The notes under the pieces were generated by a model. That model ran no database searches. It was not told where the DNA came from and was given only the letters and a program-made list of their open reading frames with translations. This document shows, piece after piece, positions 28,071 through 37,937 of a DNA stretch of 64,000 bases. Source of the DNA: a virus. Its lineage: Duplodnaviria; Caudoviricetes. The translations under genes were made by a program, and so were the position numbers. Every line of letters starts with the position of its first letter. Position 1 is the stretch's first letter. The stretch is from the IMG/VR virus record IMGVR_UViG_3300005573_000008, positions 5,641 through 69,640 of that record; one strand, written 5' to 3'.

Positions 28071-29130
28071 CCAAGAAGCAAAATTCAACGGGCGCATGCT
28101 GGTGCTTGCTCGCGAGTCGCGGGGCATATCCCAGAAGCAGCTCGCGGATGCGCTTGGGGTGCCACAGAGCCGTATCTCAATGATTGAAATGGAACTGCGA
28201 CCTGTCCCTAACGAGCTTCTGGATCAGTTCTGCGAAAGGCTGCACTATCCGCGGGAGTTCTTCTTTCAACACAGTAGCCTCGCCGGCGTGGGGATCGCGG
28301 AAGTATTTCACCGTAAGCGCGCTCGTGTGTCCAGACCGGTACTCGCGCAGATCTATGCGCAGATCGAGATTCGCTTCCTGCATCTCGACGTACTGCTCAG
28401 GTCTGTGGATATTGAGTGCAGTGTGCCGCATCTCGACATTCAGGACTTCCAGGGGTACGCGGATGAGGCTGCGCGCGTAGTGCGTACCAAATTGGGCCTG
28501 CCACGCGGGCCCATCGCCAATTTGACCGAAGTACTCGAGGACGCTGGGATCATCGTGATTCCGTTCGACTTTGGCACCAGAGAAGTGGATGCCATCAGTC
28601 GATGGGTTACGACGTTGTCACCGGTGGTGTTCGTGAATACGGAGAGCCCTACGGATCGGCTTCGCTTTTCACTGGCGCACGAACTTGGGCACCTGGTCAT
28701 GCACGATCTGCCGACTCCGGAAATGGAGGAGGAAGCCGACGCATTTGCGGAGGAGTTTCTTATGCCAGAGCGAGATATTCGGCATGAATTGCAAGATCTA
28801 GATCTCGCACGGTTGGCGATACTGAAGAAGTATTGGCGCGTATCCATGGCTGCACTCCTCGTAAGAGCGCGTACGCTTGAAACCATTACGGCCAATCAGG
28901 CTCGCTATCTATGGCAGAAGATGAGTCAGGCAGGCTATAGACTGCGCGAGCCGGTCGAGCTCGATGCCGCAACCGAGGTGCCGAGTCTGCTACGCGAGCT
29001 GGTTCAGGTCTACCTGCGGGACCTGGGCTATACAACGGATGATTTGGGTCGAGTTGTAAAATTGTTCCCTGATGAGTTGAAAGACACATACCTCCGAGTA
29101 CCGGGCAACAAGTCATTGCACGTGGTATAG
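28030..29130 (+). CDS. XRE-HTH + ImmA/IrrE zinc metallopeptidase (RmrA-like)
   Basis: N-terminal LARESRGISQKQLA HTH; RFSLAHELGH (HExxH) and EEEADAFAEEFLMP. Confidence 0.9.
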   Translation: MQQRSRRQMDLWSNQEAKFNGRMLVLARESRGISQKQLADALGVPQSRISMIEMELRPVPNELLDQFCERLHYPREFFFQHSSLAGVGIAEVFHRKRARVSRPVLAQIYAQIEIRFLHLDVLLRSVDIECSVPHLDIQDFQGYADEAARVVRTKLGLPRGPIANLTEVLEDAGIIVIPFDFGTREVDAISRWVTTLSPVVFVNTESPTDRLRFSLAHELGHLVMHDLPTPEMEEEADAFAEEFLMPERDIRHELQDLDLARLAILKKYWRVSMAALLVRARTLETITANQARYLWQKMSQAGYRLREPVELDAATEVPSLLRELVQVYLRDLGYTTDDLGRVVKLFPDELKDTYLRVPGNKSLHVV

Positions 29131-29147
29131 GACCAAGGAGATCAGGC

Positions 29148-29903
29148 GTGACTGATCCGTTTCAGGAACTTGCTAATGCTGCCGTCTCTGCTGCCATCGG
29201 TGCGGTGGCAAAGGAGGTTATATCTCCAGGTGTATCTTGGGTCCGAGGACGATTCGGTAAACAGTCCAATATCGCCAAACGTGAGGCCGCATCCAATGTA
29301 GACGACTTCTTGCATGAGCTGGTTCCGCGCATACAGGCACTTGAAGACTCAAGTCAGGAACTCAAGAAGCGTGTCGACACGGTAGCAACTCATCCCGACT
29401 TCATCGTCCTCATGCAGCGCACGTTTGAAAGTGCCGCACAGACCAATAGGCACGAGAAGCACGTGCTTCTCGCCGAGTTAGTATCCGCTCGCCTGCAAGT
29501 AACTGACGAAGACATGACGATTGCTCGGACGTGTGATATCGCTTGTGAGGCTATCGCTCACCTTACCAGTAAACAGATTAAACTACTGGGACTACTATAC
29601 ACACTGAACCATATGCAATTCATCCCGCCTCATCAGGACATGGGAGAGGAACTGATAAGAAGTCTCGAACTCAGCTGGGTGGACGCAGTGCTTGGGCCGT
29701 ATAGTGATGTTCATTGCACTCCGTTGGATCGCATGCATCTTGACTCGGTGGGCTGCCTTAGCGCTCAGCACGGCATGATTCTATCGCATAGCCTTCAGTC
29801 CAGAATTGCATCGGCAACGTCACCAGAATTCCTGTACGACCAGTTTCGACAAACACCACTAGGTATTTGGTTGTTCGAGACTTATGAGGGGCAGCGCCAG
29901 TAG
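29148..29903 (+). CDS. Hypothetical island protein, possibly truncated by a premature TAG
   Basis: 251 aa; the same frame stays open after the stop to about 30060. Confidence 0.55.
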   Translation: MTDPFQELANAAVSAAIGAVAKEVISPGVSWVRGRFGKQSNIAKREAASNVDDFLHELVPRIQALEDSSQELKKRVDTVATHPDFIVLMQRTFESAAQTNRHEKHVLLAELVSARLQVTDEDMTIARTCDIACEAIAHLTSKQIKLLGLLYTLNHMQFIPPHQDMGEELIRSLELSWVDAVLGPYSDVHCTPLDRMHLDSVGCLSAQHGMILSHSLQSRIASATSPEFLYDQFRQTPLGIWLFETYEGQRQ

Positions 29904-30448
29904 AAGATACCAAAGAGCCAGGTGAAGAGGACAAAACGGAGGAGCTTATTATCCGACTGCTCCTTGATGATGATAACCGTAGGTTTGCTCTCATTATCCG
30001 CCACAGTAGCCTCCACTTCACTAGCAAATTATCATATTGCTAGTGTATCACAGCAGTAAAGCAACACCACTGCAACTCTCGGACCGGCCGGGGTATCTCA
30101 TAAATCGCTGGTGAGAAACGTCAAGTGTGCACTCCAGCGAAGGCTGGAGTGACCGGACCTGCTACCACATACTGTATTCCCCCGACCTGATCGCGGGGTT
30201 GTACTTCGACAGCAAAAAAACGTGTAGATGCTAGACGCATCATAGATTGATCTCATGAGCGCGGTCAGGATAGAGTGTCCGACCTGTGGGCGGGTGAGCC
30301 GAATCGTCATCCCGCGTTAGAGCGGGTGGGTGATGAATGGTCGCAATCTTGCGATACATCGCAGCGATGTGATAGCGCGTTGCTGTTGACGCGTCGTGAT
30401 AGTATGAAGCGACACCAGTGATTGGCGAGACGATAGAGGAGAGTCGAT

Positions 30449-30670
30449 ATGGCGAGGCTGCGTGAGCGCGAAAACCAACTCCTGCGCTCTTCCAAGGGCG
30501 GCACTGGCCACGCGACCAAGGGCACACAGAAGCATGAGGTACGAGCTGGTCACGTTGGGGTGTCTTCCATGACCTATGCTCGCATGTCCAAGAATGCCCA
30601 GGCATTCCTCCTGCAGATGGACGCTAATCCGCACATCAAGGCTGTGATGCGCGACCTGGCTGATAAGTAG
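30449..30670 (+). CDS. Putative antitoxin for Doc
   Basis: 73 aa, 2 bp upstream of the Doc-type toxin; C-terminal MRDLADK resembles Phd-like neutralising tails. Confidence 0.6.
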   Translation: MARLRERENQLLRSSKGGTGHATKGTQKHEVRAGHVGVSSMTYARMSKNAQAFLLQMDANPHIKAVMRDLADK

Positions 30671-30672
30671 TC

Positions 30673-31287
30673 ATGTCTTCAGGTCGTTTTAGCCGCCAGG
30701 GGCGCCGTACGTTTTCACGTGTGGCGCCCTTTCCGTTGCCGCTCGATGTATCGTATGCCGATGCGTGCGAGGATGTCATGGGCCAACTCTGTCACGACAT
30801 CGAAGGCTTCCACGAGTTCATTGTGGACCAATTTGGTGGCGTGCCTGGAATACGGTCACAAAGCCAACTGGAGGCAGCCATAGCGCGACCGTTTGTGAGT
30901 TTCGGGCTGCAAAGTGTCTATTCTACTGGCGTCGAGCAGGCCAGCGCGCTTGCATATGCACTCGTCCAGAATCATCCGTTTGTCGACGGCAACAAACGCA
31001 CGGCTCTCTACAGTTGTCTCTATTTTCTCCAGCAGTGCGGGTACTGGCGGCATGAACTCTATCTCACTCGGCACGAGTCCCAGTCTCTAGAGAAGCTTAT
31101 CCTCATGATTGCGCGCGAGGGCGAGGACATCCAAAAGCGGCGCATCCATGCACGATACGAAAATCATGATCTTGCCGTGGCACTAGACCAAATCCTTGCC
31201 GGATCGCGCAATCGTCGACCCGTCAACAGACGTCTACGCAATGGAATATTCAGGCCGCTTCTGCATATTTTTCGCTCGCATGAATAA
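30673..31287 (+). CDS. doc: Doc-type Fic-domain toxin (death-on-curing)
   Basis: FGGVPGIRS...LEAAIARP and HPFVDGNKRTA (K-containing Doc variant of the Fic motif). Confidence 0.88.
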   Translation: MSSGRFSRQGRRTFSRVAPFPLPLDVSYADACEDVMGQLCHDIEGFHEFIVDQFGGVPGIRSQSQLEAAIARPFVSFGLQSVYSTGVEQASALAYALVQNHPFVDGNKRTALYSCLYFLQQCGYWRHELYLTRHESQSLEKLILMIAREGEDIQKRRIHARYENHDLAVALDQILAGSRNRRPVNRRLRNGIFRPLLHIFRSHE

Positions 31288-31304
31288 AAGCGAATAAAAT
31301 GCGG

Positions 31305-31334
31305 CCGCGGCTGATTCTGCAGAATCAGCCGCGG
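31305..31334. repeat. Perfect 30-bp palindrome between convergent genes
   Basis: CCGCGGCTGATTCTG|CAGAATCAGCCGCGG. Confidence 0.9.
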
Positions 31335-31425
31335 ATATCACAGATATTTTACATGGCGCCAAGCAAGGCTCATCTAGAACACGCTGGATGGCTGGCTCCT
31401 TCATCTGCCCCCGGCGCAATGATCG

Positions 31426-32562
31426 CTAACTCAGCTTGCGCGGGAACTGGAGAGGAACAGTGTGCTCCCGCTCACTATCGCTGATGACATCACCGCCGCC
31501 ATTTCCTGGCCGTCCGGCATGTCGTTCAAGAATTTGCCGAACGCGCACTACTGACAGACAGTACTCTGCAGCGATCTTCTGGTAGTCAATATCTTTCTTA
31601 TCTGGCGTCGGGAACAGCAGCTCAGCCATCTTCCTCACCGCTCGTGGCTTCTCGACAGGCACCTCGATTGGCTCATGCTTTCTCCATCCCTTGAGGCTGA
31701 GCTGTTCAAAAAGGTAACGGTACTGTCGATCAGTGATGAGGCTAAGGTCGTCATCGTGCGCACGATGAATGAGTGCTTGGATGGATACTCCCCAGCGCAA
31801 CTTTAGGGATGCTATTCCCGTTAGAGTGATCGGTGATATCAACTCCTCGCGCATCGCTTCTGCCGGTAGTAGGAGCTCAGCAGCGAACCTGTTTGCTTCA
31901 GTGTTAAACGCGTGCCACTGTCCTCTGACTGCTTGGTGCAATACTAGATGTCCCAACTCGTGCGCAATTGTGTACCGCAATCGATCGCCAGAAACATTGC
32001 CGAACACCACCACGACGGGCCGGCGCGTCTCTGTGCCGGCCCATGCAGAATATGCATCAAGCTCAGGATGTGAAAACGGCGCAGCCAGCACCAGCACGCC
32101 AGCTCGCTCCGCAGCATGAATCAAGTTGGTAATCGGCGCTCCTGGAGAAATCCCCATGACGTTGCGTGTGAAGTGTGCTGCAGTAACGATATCCACCGAC
32201 TCCTCGGCAAATTGCGGTAGGCGCGGCGGAATCACGCGGAGCTTCGATGCCATGCGTTCAGCCATCTCAAAGAGCACTTCGCCGTATCGAAATGCCTGAG
32301 ATCGAAGCGTGGAGGGCATGGATGTGCGAGCGCGAAACAGAAGCGAGCCCTCCGGAAAGTCGGGAGGATTCCCTTGGCTAAAGAAGGGAGGCGGGAATCC
32401 TGTCGCTAAAGCAATCTTGCCCAACAGCTCATCAGATGGCTCAAACCGTCCCATTTCGATGTATGCTATGGTGGACTGACTTACCTGTACGATATCAGCC
32501 AACACCGATTGTGTAAGCCCGCAAAACTCGCGGGCCTGTTTGACCCTGCTGCCATTAATCAT
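31426..32562 (-). CDS. XRE-HTH + ImmA/IrrE zinc metallopeptidase (second RmrA-like)
   Basis: RVKQAREFCGLTQSVLA HTH; RYTIAHELGH; EANRFAAELLLP. Confidence 0.9.
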   Translation of the reverse strand: MINGSRVKQAREFCGLTQSVLADIVQVSQSTIAYIEMGRFEPSDELLGKIALATGFPPPFFSQGNPPDFPEGSLLFRARTSMPSTLRSQAFRYGEVLFEMAERMASKLRVIPPRLPQFAEESVDIVTAAHFTRNVMGISPGAPITNLIHAAERAGVLVLAAPFSHPELDAYSAWAGTETRRPVVVVFGNVSGDRLRYTIAHELGHLVLHQAVRGQWHAFNTEANRFAAELLLPAEAMREELISPITLTGIASLKLRWGVSIQALIHRAHDDDLSLITDRQYRYLFEQLSLKGWRKHEPIEVPVEKPRAVRKMAELLFPTPDKKDIDYQKIAAEYCLSVVRVRQILERHAGRPGNGGGDVISDSEREHTVPLQFPRKLS

Positions 32563-33271
32563 CCTGGTCGCTCTGTAAATGTTCAGAGGCTACGTCAGGC
32601 ATGTTCGACTCTGGTAAGCCAATCCCTTCGAGGTCGTCTTGATCGTCAACAATATCTGACTGGACTGGCATTTGCGACGTGAATATATCTGGTAGCCTGA
32701 CGCGCCATATCCAATACTGCTCTCCCTTGCGCACGTCGCCTGTCTTTGGCTTCAGCATTTCGATCGACGACAGGTTCTGCTTGCCGTCGAGTTGCCACAA
32801 CAACGCCACATTGCGCAGAACTGGTCCCATTTTGTCGAGGTCTGGGAACTGAAGTCTCAGCTGGATGATTTGACGACAGAAGACTTTGCGTCTGAGCGTT
32901 TGAGCACGTGGCATCTCGCCGTCAACCGCTTTCCATGATTTCATGTGTGCCCCAGCAACAAGGAAGCTGAGACCACTGCCATTCACTTTCTCTTGCACAA
33001 AGTCTATCAGGTCATGACCTTTGGCATGGAGATATTCATTTGCGCTCCAACGCAATATGTGAGCAAACAGACCGTGATCACTTGCTCCGTGGTGAGTTTC
33101 GAAGAATTCGCGTGCGACGTGCGCACCATATTCCAGTGCTTCGCGGAACAGTTGCAAAAATTCCTGATACTGTTCCAGCGTGGCTTGTGCGTCTGGGATC
33201 TCATCCGGCAGACTCGCGAGACTCATGGGCGGGGTGGGTCCTGCTGAGTGGTACGGTAAATCAGTAGTCAT
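32555..33271 (-). CDS. Putative toxin of toxin/XRE-metallopeptidase pair 2 (RmrT-like)
   Basis: 238 aa, overlaps the start of the second HTH-ImmA gene; acidic C-terminus. Confidence 0.5.
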   Translation of the reverse strand: MTTDLPYHSAGPTPPMSLASLPDEIPDAQATLEQYQEFLQLFREALEYGAHVAREFFETHHGASDHGLFAHILRWSANEYLHAKGHDLIDFVQEKVNGSGLSFLVAGAHMKSWKAVDGEMPRAQTLRRKVFCRQIIQLRLQFPDLDKMGPVLRNVALLWQLDGKQNLSSIEMLKPKTGDVRKGEQYWIWRVRLPDIFTSQMPVQSDIVDDQDDLEGIGLPESNMPDVASEHLQSDQDD

Positions 33272-33457
33272 ATTATGACAGCCTGATTACCACCAGTCAA
33301 GGGGCAACGACGGCACAGTGAGCCGGCTTGGGAACATTGGTACGAAAATCCTATCCTGAGTACTCATGCTGAACTCGTCGTCTCACGTCGTCTCTCCTCA
33401 TCACGCGGCCATCATCCGGCGCGCCCCGGCAGGAGTCCCACCGGGGCACACTATGCC

Positions 33458-33742
33458 TCACCCTGCAATCATCCGTCGCAGCCGTTCCACCTCGGCCAGC
33501 AGAAACGGCACATCATCGCGGGCACAGGCGATGAACTCAGCGTTGGCAACGTGCTGAGCCAAGGAACGGTCTAGACACATTTCGGCAATCGTGTAGCCAG
33601 TGCTGCCAATCAGATATTGCGGGTACCCCCACTGGGATATGGCATGGAATATCCACGGTCCCGGCGTCGCCTTCTCCGCGCGTTCCCGTATCTCCGCCAG
33701 ACGTTCATCGCTCATCGGCTCAGTCATCGCTCGCCTCGTCAT
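33458..33742 (-). CDS. Ead/Ea22-like phage protein
   Basis: L.EIRERAEKATPGPW...ANAEFIA.AR.DVP.LLAEVERL motif. Confidence 0.7.
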   Translation of the reverse strand: MTRRAMTEPMSDERLAEIRERAEKATPGPWIFHAISQWGYPQYLIGSTGYTIAEMCLDRSLAQHVANAEFIACARDDVPFLLAEVERLRRMIAG

Positions 33743-33813
33743 CCTCTAGCATCGCAAAGGTGCCAGCTTCCAGATCGGCAATCATCCGGTCTCGCCGCTC
33801 ATCGGTATACCCT

Positions 33814-34083
33814 TCAGACCTCAGCGTCAGAACCTTCAGAGTGACGCTGAAGGTTACATTCAACCAGGCTTACGTGTCCGGCGACGGAGATCCAGGCGGG
33901 TTGCGTTCCTGCCGCATAATCGTCTGCCGCCTGCTGTGCCTCGCGTTCGCTCGTGTAGTAGATGCCAAACCCATCAGCATTCGTCACCACACGCGGCGTA
34001 TTGGGATCGCCATAGTACGCAACGCACCAGTTTGAGCCCCGTGTCCCAAAGCGATAGCTCGCGAAAAGTCTTTGCTCAGGCAT
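33814..34083 (-). CDS. Hypothetical early protein
   Basis: In the leftward early operon. Confidence 0.5.
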   Translation of the reverse strand: MPEQRLFASYRFGTRGSNWCVAYYGDPNTPRVVTNADGFGIYYTSEREAQQAADDYAAGTQPAWISVAGHVSLVECNLQRHSEGSDAEV

Positions 34084-34105
34084 CTTGAAAGCCCGCTTGG
34101 CCTTT

Positions 34106-34330
34106 CTATCGATAGCTCACGCTATTGCGTGCCAGCAGTTCGTGACGGACGAGGCAGCAGACGGTCACACGACGTCCATCACGCAGTGTCAGCACACGTA
34201 CCAAGCGCCCTGGCCCCGCGTGGCAGTGCTTACAGCACGTGGTGCGGGGTCCGACGAGCCCTTCACGAATGAGCCTCTGACAGTCGGTCTGCTGCGGCTG
34301 TTCGAGGTTGCCTTCGCTCGCGTCGCTCAC
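34106..34330 (-). CDS. Small Cys-rich hypothetical protein
   Basis: RBS GGGGAG; CCKHCH...CC. Confidence 0.5.
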   Translation of the reverse strand: MSDASEGNLEQPQQTDCQRLIREGLVGPRTTCCKHCHAGPGRLVRVLTLRDGRRVTVCCLVRHELLARNSVSYR

Positions 34331-34357
34331 GCTCTCCCCCTTGTGATCCGTAGCGTG

Positions 34358-34633
34358 CTACGGCTTGCCGTTTACCTGATAGGCTCCGTGGCTGTAGCCG
34401 TTCACCGTCGCCTGCTGAACGCTGGATGAATCGTTGGCGTCCGGCACGATGGTCATGAGCACGTCCCGTTCGCCGGCTGGCAGAGTCGCCACCTCACGAG
34501 CGGGAATCACCCGTTGCTGCTGACCTGTCAGCGGGCAGACGAGCACATACTGCTGGAGGGAGTGGTTGAATGTGCCGACATATCTGCGGCCACAATGCTC
34601 GCAATACAGATAGCGTCTGAGACTGTCTTTCAT
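34358..34633 (-). CDS. Zinc-ribbon hypothetical protein
   Basis: CEHC...CP; ATGA coupling to the upstream gene. Confidence 0.55.
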   Translation of the reverse strand: MKDSLRRYLYCEHCGRRYVGTFNHSLQQYVLVCPLTGQQQRVIPAREVATLPAGERDVLMTIVPDANDSSSVQQATVNGYSHGAYQVNGKP

Positions 34634-34956
34634 CGTGTCTGCTCTCTTTGCCACTGACGTTCGAAGCGTAGACGCGCCTTGTAGATCCGATTGGCGATTC
34701 GCCGATGTGCACGTCGGCGCGCGGGGTACCTGGCCGCCCATGCCCGCGCTCGTGCCAAGTCCTGCTCTGGATGCGCGTGGTAGCGTTCACGGACATACGC
34801 TTTACGACATTCACGGCACCAGTTGTCGTAACCGTCTCCCTGTTTGCTGGGGTAGAACTGTTCCAGTGGCATGAACAGGCAACAGTGCCCGCACCAGCGC
34901 TCGCCTTCCGCATTGAAGCGTGCCAATGGGTTACGCGGTCTGCCCATCTGTGCCAT
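34630..34956 (-). CDS. Zinc-finger protein (C..C...F.......C..C) without a nuclease domain
   Basis: RWCGHC..FMPLEQFY...DGYDNWCREC resembles the N-terminal finger of endonuclease-VII/HNH homing enzymes. Confidence 0.6.
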   Translation of the reverse strand: MAQMGRPRNPLARFNAEGERWCGHCCLFMPLEQFYPSKQGDGYDNWCRECRKAYVRERYHAHPEQDLARARAWAARYPARRRAHRRIANRIYKARLRFERQWQREQTR

Positions 34957-34959
34957 CCG

Positions 34960-35229
34960 TTATCCCTCCACCACCCGTACCTGGTCGATATCCACCCAGT
35001 GACGGGAAGCCAGTGCATCCGTGCGCTCGCTCCACTCAACCAACAGCACGCCCTCGCGTGCTCGCCCGCAATCCATCCGGCCCACATATGCCCAGATCCC
35101 GTCACGGCCCATCACCAGTAGCTGCGCATCTGGTGATGGCACTCCACGCAGCGGCTTGGTCTTGCGCGTCGTGGGTGTCACCCAGAGCGGCGGCTGGACG
35201 GTGTGACTGAAAGGATTGCGCCGCCTCAT
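34960..35229 (-). CDS. Hypothetical protein
   Basis: TGATG coupling to the upstream gene. Confidence 0.5.
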   Translation of the reverse strand: MRRRNPFSHTVQPPLWVTPTTRKTKPLRGVPSPDAQLLVMGRDGIWAYVGRMDCGRAREGVLLVEWSERTDALASRHWVDIDQVRVVEG

Positions 35230-35624
35230 CAGTGCTGCTCCACCGGAATGGGCAGCCAGCGCAGCTGGAGTCGCTTCAGTGCCGCCACTTCCGCCGCCAG
35301 GAGAATCGTGCCGTCCGCCATTTCGCACAACGTGTCGGGCGGCAAATCTTCAACCTGCAGGACGGGTATCTGCGCACATGGTGGCTCTGGCTCGGCCCCT
35401 GACTCGGAGGCCAGTTCAGGTGCGGGCTCAGCAATCAGTTCGGCGCATGGTGCCGGATCCGGCTCGGAAACGGACGCTGGCGCAGGTTCCACGTCGGGTT
35501 GTGGCGCGGACTTCGCCGGGCGTTCACGCCACACCAGCCACGCAAACCACATGGTCACCAGGAACACCTCACCGAAGAAGAACACCGTCACCACCCGCCC
35601 GACAGCCAACAGGGAATCCAGCAT
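35229..35624 (-). CDS. Membrane-anchored Pro/Glu-rich protein
   Basis: RBS GGAGG; N-terminal TM segment; EP-rich linker. Confidence 0.55.
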   Translation of the reverse strand: MLDSLLAVGRVVTVFFFGEVFLVTMWFAWLVWRERPAKSAPQPDVEPAPASVSEPDPAPCAELIAEPAPELASESGAEPEPPCAQIPVLQVEDLPPDTLCEMADGTILLAAEVAALKRLQLRWLPIPVEQH

Positions 35625-35673
35625 GAAGCACCTCCGTGTACGCGATGTCCTCCTACGGGACAGCACGAGCGGC

Positions 35674-36462
35674 TTAAAATGGCGGCTCATCGTCGTTAGC
35701 CACCGACCGTGCGGCCTGTTCGGCTTGCCACTGCTCGAGCGCCACGAGCAGCTTCTGGAAGTTGTTTTTGCTCAGATGGAGAGCGACTTCCGGGCACTCG
35801 CTGTCGTTGGTCAGGCGCCAGATCTCAACGCTGCCATTAGCATCGAAACTGACCGCCAGGATCGTGCGGTTATAGCTGGCCCCGCTGCAGTCGAGCAGGA
35901 TCGTGCGGCGAGATGAGTAGTCCTCAATGACGGTGAACTGCGGCGCTGGTTCCAGAGCCGGTCCCACTTCAGGCGCAAATGCGATCGCGGCTTCTACACG
36001 CTCGACCGCTTCGCCTGCGCTTGCGGTCGCGTTATCTGCCTGCAGCTCATCCCATTCGGCGATCATCTCCAGCAGCACTTGCTGCAGATTGCCGTTGTCG
36101 ATGTCACTGCGAGCCCACACGTCATCGGGCCGCTGGATGCGCCAGTCGCCAAGGTTGCGCAGCTGCCAGCGACCGCCACGGTCGAACGTGGCCACAGCGC
36201 CGACACCTGGGCCGACGAATTCGAGAGTGATGCCCAGCGCATTCCAGATCTCGCTCTGCAGCGCCTCACTGAGTTGCACGTTGAGGTTATCGATGGCCTC
36301 TGTCTGCACTCGCTTGTACGCTTCTTCACGCTCACGCTTGTACGCCTCTTCACGTTCGCGCTTGGCAGCCGCGGCGTTGGCGATCGCGCTCTCCAGGTCG
36401 AATGAGGTCTCGGTGGTTTCTGTGCTCACGGTACTCGTCTCCTCGTCTCGCTGATACTTCAT
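35674..36462 (-). CDS. Hypothetical protein with tandem KREREEAY repeat
   Basis: 262 aa; 24-bp tandem repeat near 36310-36364; acidic DDEPPF tail resembling SSB-type tails. Confidence 0.65.
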   Translation of the reverse strand: MKYQRDEETSTVSTETTETSFDLESAIANAAAAKREREEAYKREREEAYKRVQTEAIDNLNVQLSEALQSEIWNALGITLEFVGPGVGAVATFDRGGRWQLRNLGDWRIQRPDDVWARSDIDNGNLQQVLLEMIAEWDELQADNATASAGEAVERVEAAIAFAPEVGPALEPAPQFTVIEDYSSRRTILLDCSGASYNRTILAVSFDANGSVEIWRLTNDSECPEVALHLSKNNFQKLLVALEQWQAEQAARSVANDDEPPF

Positions 36463-36499
36463 CCCTGCCGGCCATCGTGCCGGCTTGACGCGTGTGTAG

Positions 36500-36877
36500 T
36501 CAGATCGCGTATCCGGCGTTGTATTCGGAGAAGCGCGTGTGTGCAGGCTTGTGTCGAGTGCGGCGGGGCGCTGCAGATCGCTTCGACACTGGAGGATGAG
36601 TCATCTGCTGGATGGGCTTTGGGAACGGCACCGCGGCGTAGTGACATGGGCGGCCGAAGCGATCACGCGTCACCTCTATGGTGTAGCCGGCCTCAGCGAT
36701 CCGGCAGCGCACCTCCGCCGCGAAGATCTCCGCCTCGCGTGCGAGCACGTCTGGATCGTGTCGTCGCGCGCTACGACGCGCACGCCAGGCATGAACGCGT
36801 GCCATGAAACGTGCGATCGCCAGGTCGACTGCTGCACCGGCCCCCAGTACCAGCGCCGCACTCATGACCGTCTGCAT
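36500..36877 (-). CDS. Hypothetical protein with N-terminal hydrophobic segment
   Basis: RBS GGAGG before ATG 36877. Confidence 0.55.
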   Translation of the reverse strand: MQTVMSAALVLGAGAAVDLAIARFMARVHAWRARRSARRHDPDVLAREAEIFAAEVRCRIAEAGYTIEVTRDRFGRPCHYAAVPFPKPIQQMTHPPVSKRSAAPRRTRHKPAHTRFSEYNAGYAI

Positions 36878-37000
36878 ATTGGCCTCCTTTCGCCAGTTTA
36901 TTCCTCTGACGTTATCACACATTCCTTCAGGGGAAAGCACAAGGAGTAAAAAAAGGCGCATCGCGCTGTTGACTCCACTATAGCCCGCCTGGCAATCCCC

Positions 37001-37480
37001 TTAAGCACTCCGCGCCGTCTGCCGCCGGCGCAAGGCTTCGCGCAGCTTGGCGAGCATCTCCTCGGGGATGTTTCCGTTCGCATCCAGCGTGCAACCAACC
37101 TGCGGAAGGTCGCGCAGATATCTTCCGACGCCCCAGAGGACCGCGCAGCGCTTCAATGTATCGGACACACATCCCTTGCTCGGCTCCCAGTTGGACGCGG
37201 TACCGATGTCTGACTTGCTCACATGAAAGATGGTGAGCGTACCCTTCGCGACACGTACCTCTGTGTCTACCACGAGTGGCTGCCAGTCAAAGGACCAATT
37301 GCCAGCGCCAACCGCCTGGTCGAGACGGTCCATCACGGCCGCAGCGGAGATGTAGGCAACGAGCTGCACGTGCTTATTCGCACCACCCTTGCCCGTGGCT
37401 GCGCGCCACTCGACTTCCGCTGGCTCAAACGGCGCCGCCAGTGCGCCCTGTATAGCTGTCCAGTCGACTACTTGATCCAC
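37001..37480 (-). CDS. Rad52/Rad22-family (Sak-like) ssDNA annealing protein
   Basis: L.APFE...VEWR...AYI.A..VMDRLD..VG.GNW...KG.VSDTLKRCAVLWGVGRYL. Confidence 0.88.
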   Translation of the reverse strand: MDQVVDWTAIQGALAAPFEPAEVEWRAATGKGGANKHVQLVAYISAAAVMDRLDQAVGAGNWSFDWQPLVVDTEVRVAKGTLTIFHVSKSDIGTASNWEPSKGCVSDTLKRCAVLWGVGRYLRDLPQVGCTLDANGNIPEEMLAKLREALRRRQTARSA

Positions 37481-37604
37481 CGTCCGTCCTCCAATCAGAA
37501 CCACCAGAACCACCAGCGGCGCGCTCGCGGATACGCGTGGCGGACCGCATAACGGGTGCTGGCTCGCAACAGATAACGTCCAAGGCCCATCTCATTCAGC
37601 CTTT

Positions 37605-37937
37605 CTACGCTGCTCGATGAAGCAGGCGCCGTGCGTGCTGCTCCATGCGCTGAGCCCGCGCGTACCAGTGGGAAATGAGGCTCTTCAACCACGCTGCCTC
37701 AGCACGCTCAGTCGCTGTCCCTTCCGCCCTGGCCCACACGTCATAGGCGTTCGCTTGCGCCAGCATGCCAGCCAGTTTCTCAAGACCACGCAGGATGCGG
37801 TCGTAGCGATCACGAGGATACACCGCAGTGCGATCGTCGGCCTGTCGCGCGGCTTTAGCGGCACATACCGGCCCCATGCCAGCGGCAATGTGATCAGGAT
37901 TGCTCATGGGCCGGTGACAAATCCTACAGCGTGCCAT
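37605..37937 (-). CDS. DUF6011-like zinc-binding protein
   Basis: RCRICHRPM...SI..GMGPVCA-type motif (here PDHIAAGMGPVCA). Confidence 0.65.
   Translation of the reverse strand: MARCRICHRPMSNPDHIAAGMGPVCAAKAARQADDRTAVYPRDRYDRILRGLEKLAGMLAQANAYDVWARAEGTATERAEAAWLKSLISHWYARAQRMEQHARRLLHRAA

Noticed and set aside
36948-36966. Possible minus-strand terminator after the Rad52-like gene
   Set aside because: Only a 4-bp stem before the T7 tract; too weak to list as a feature.
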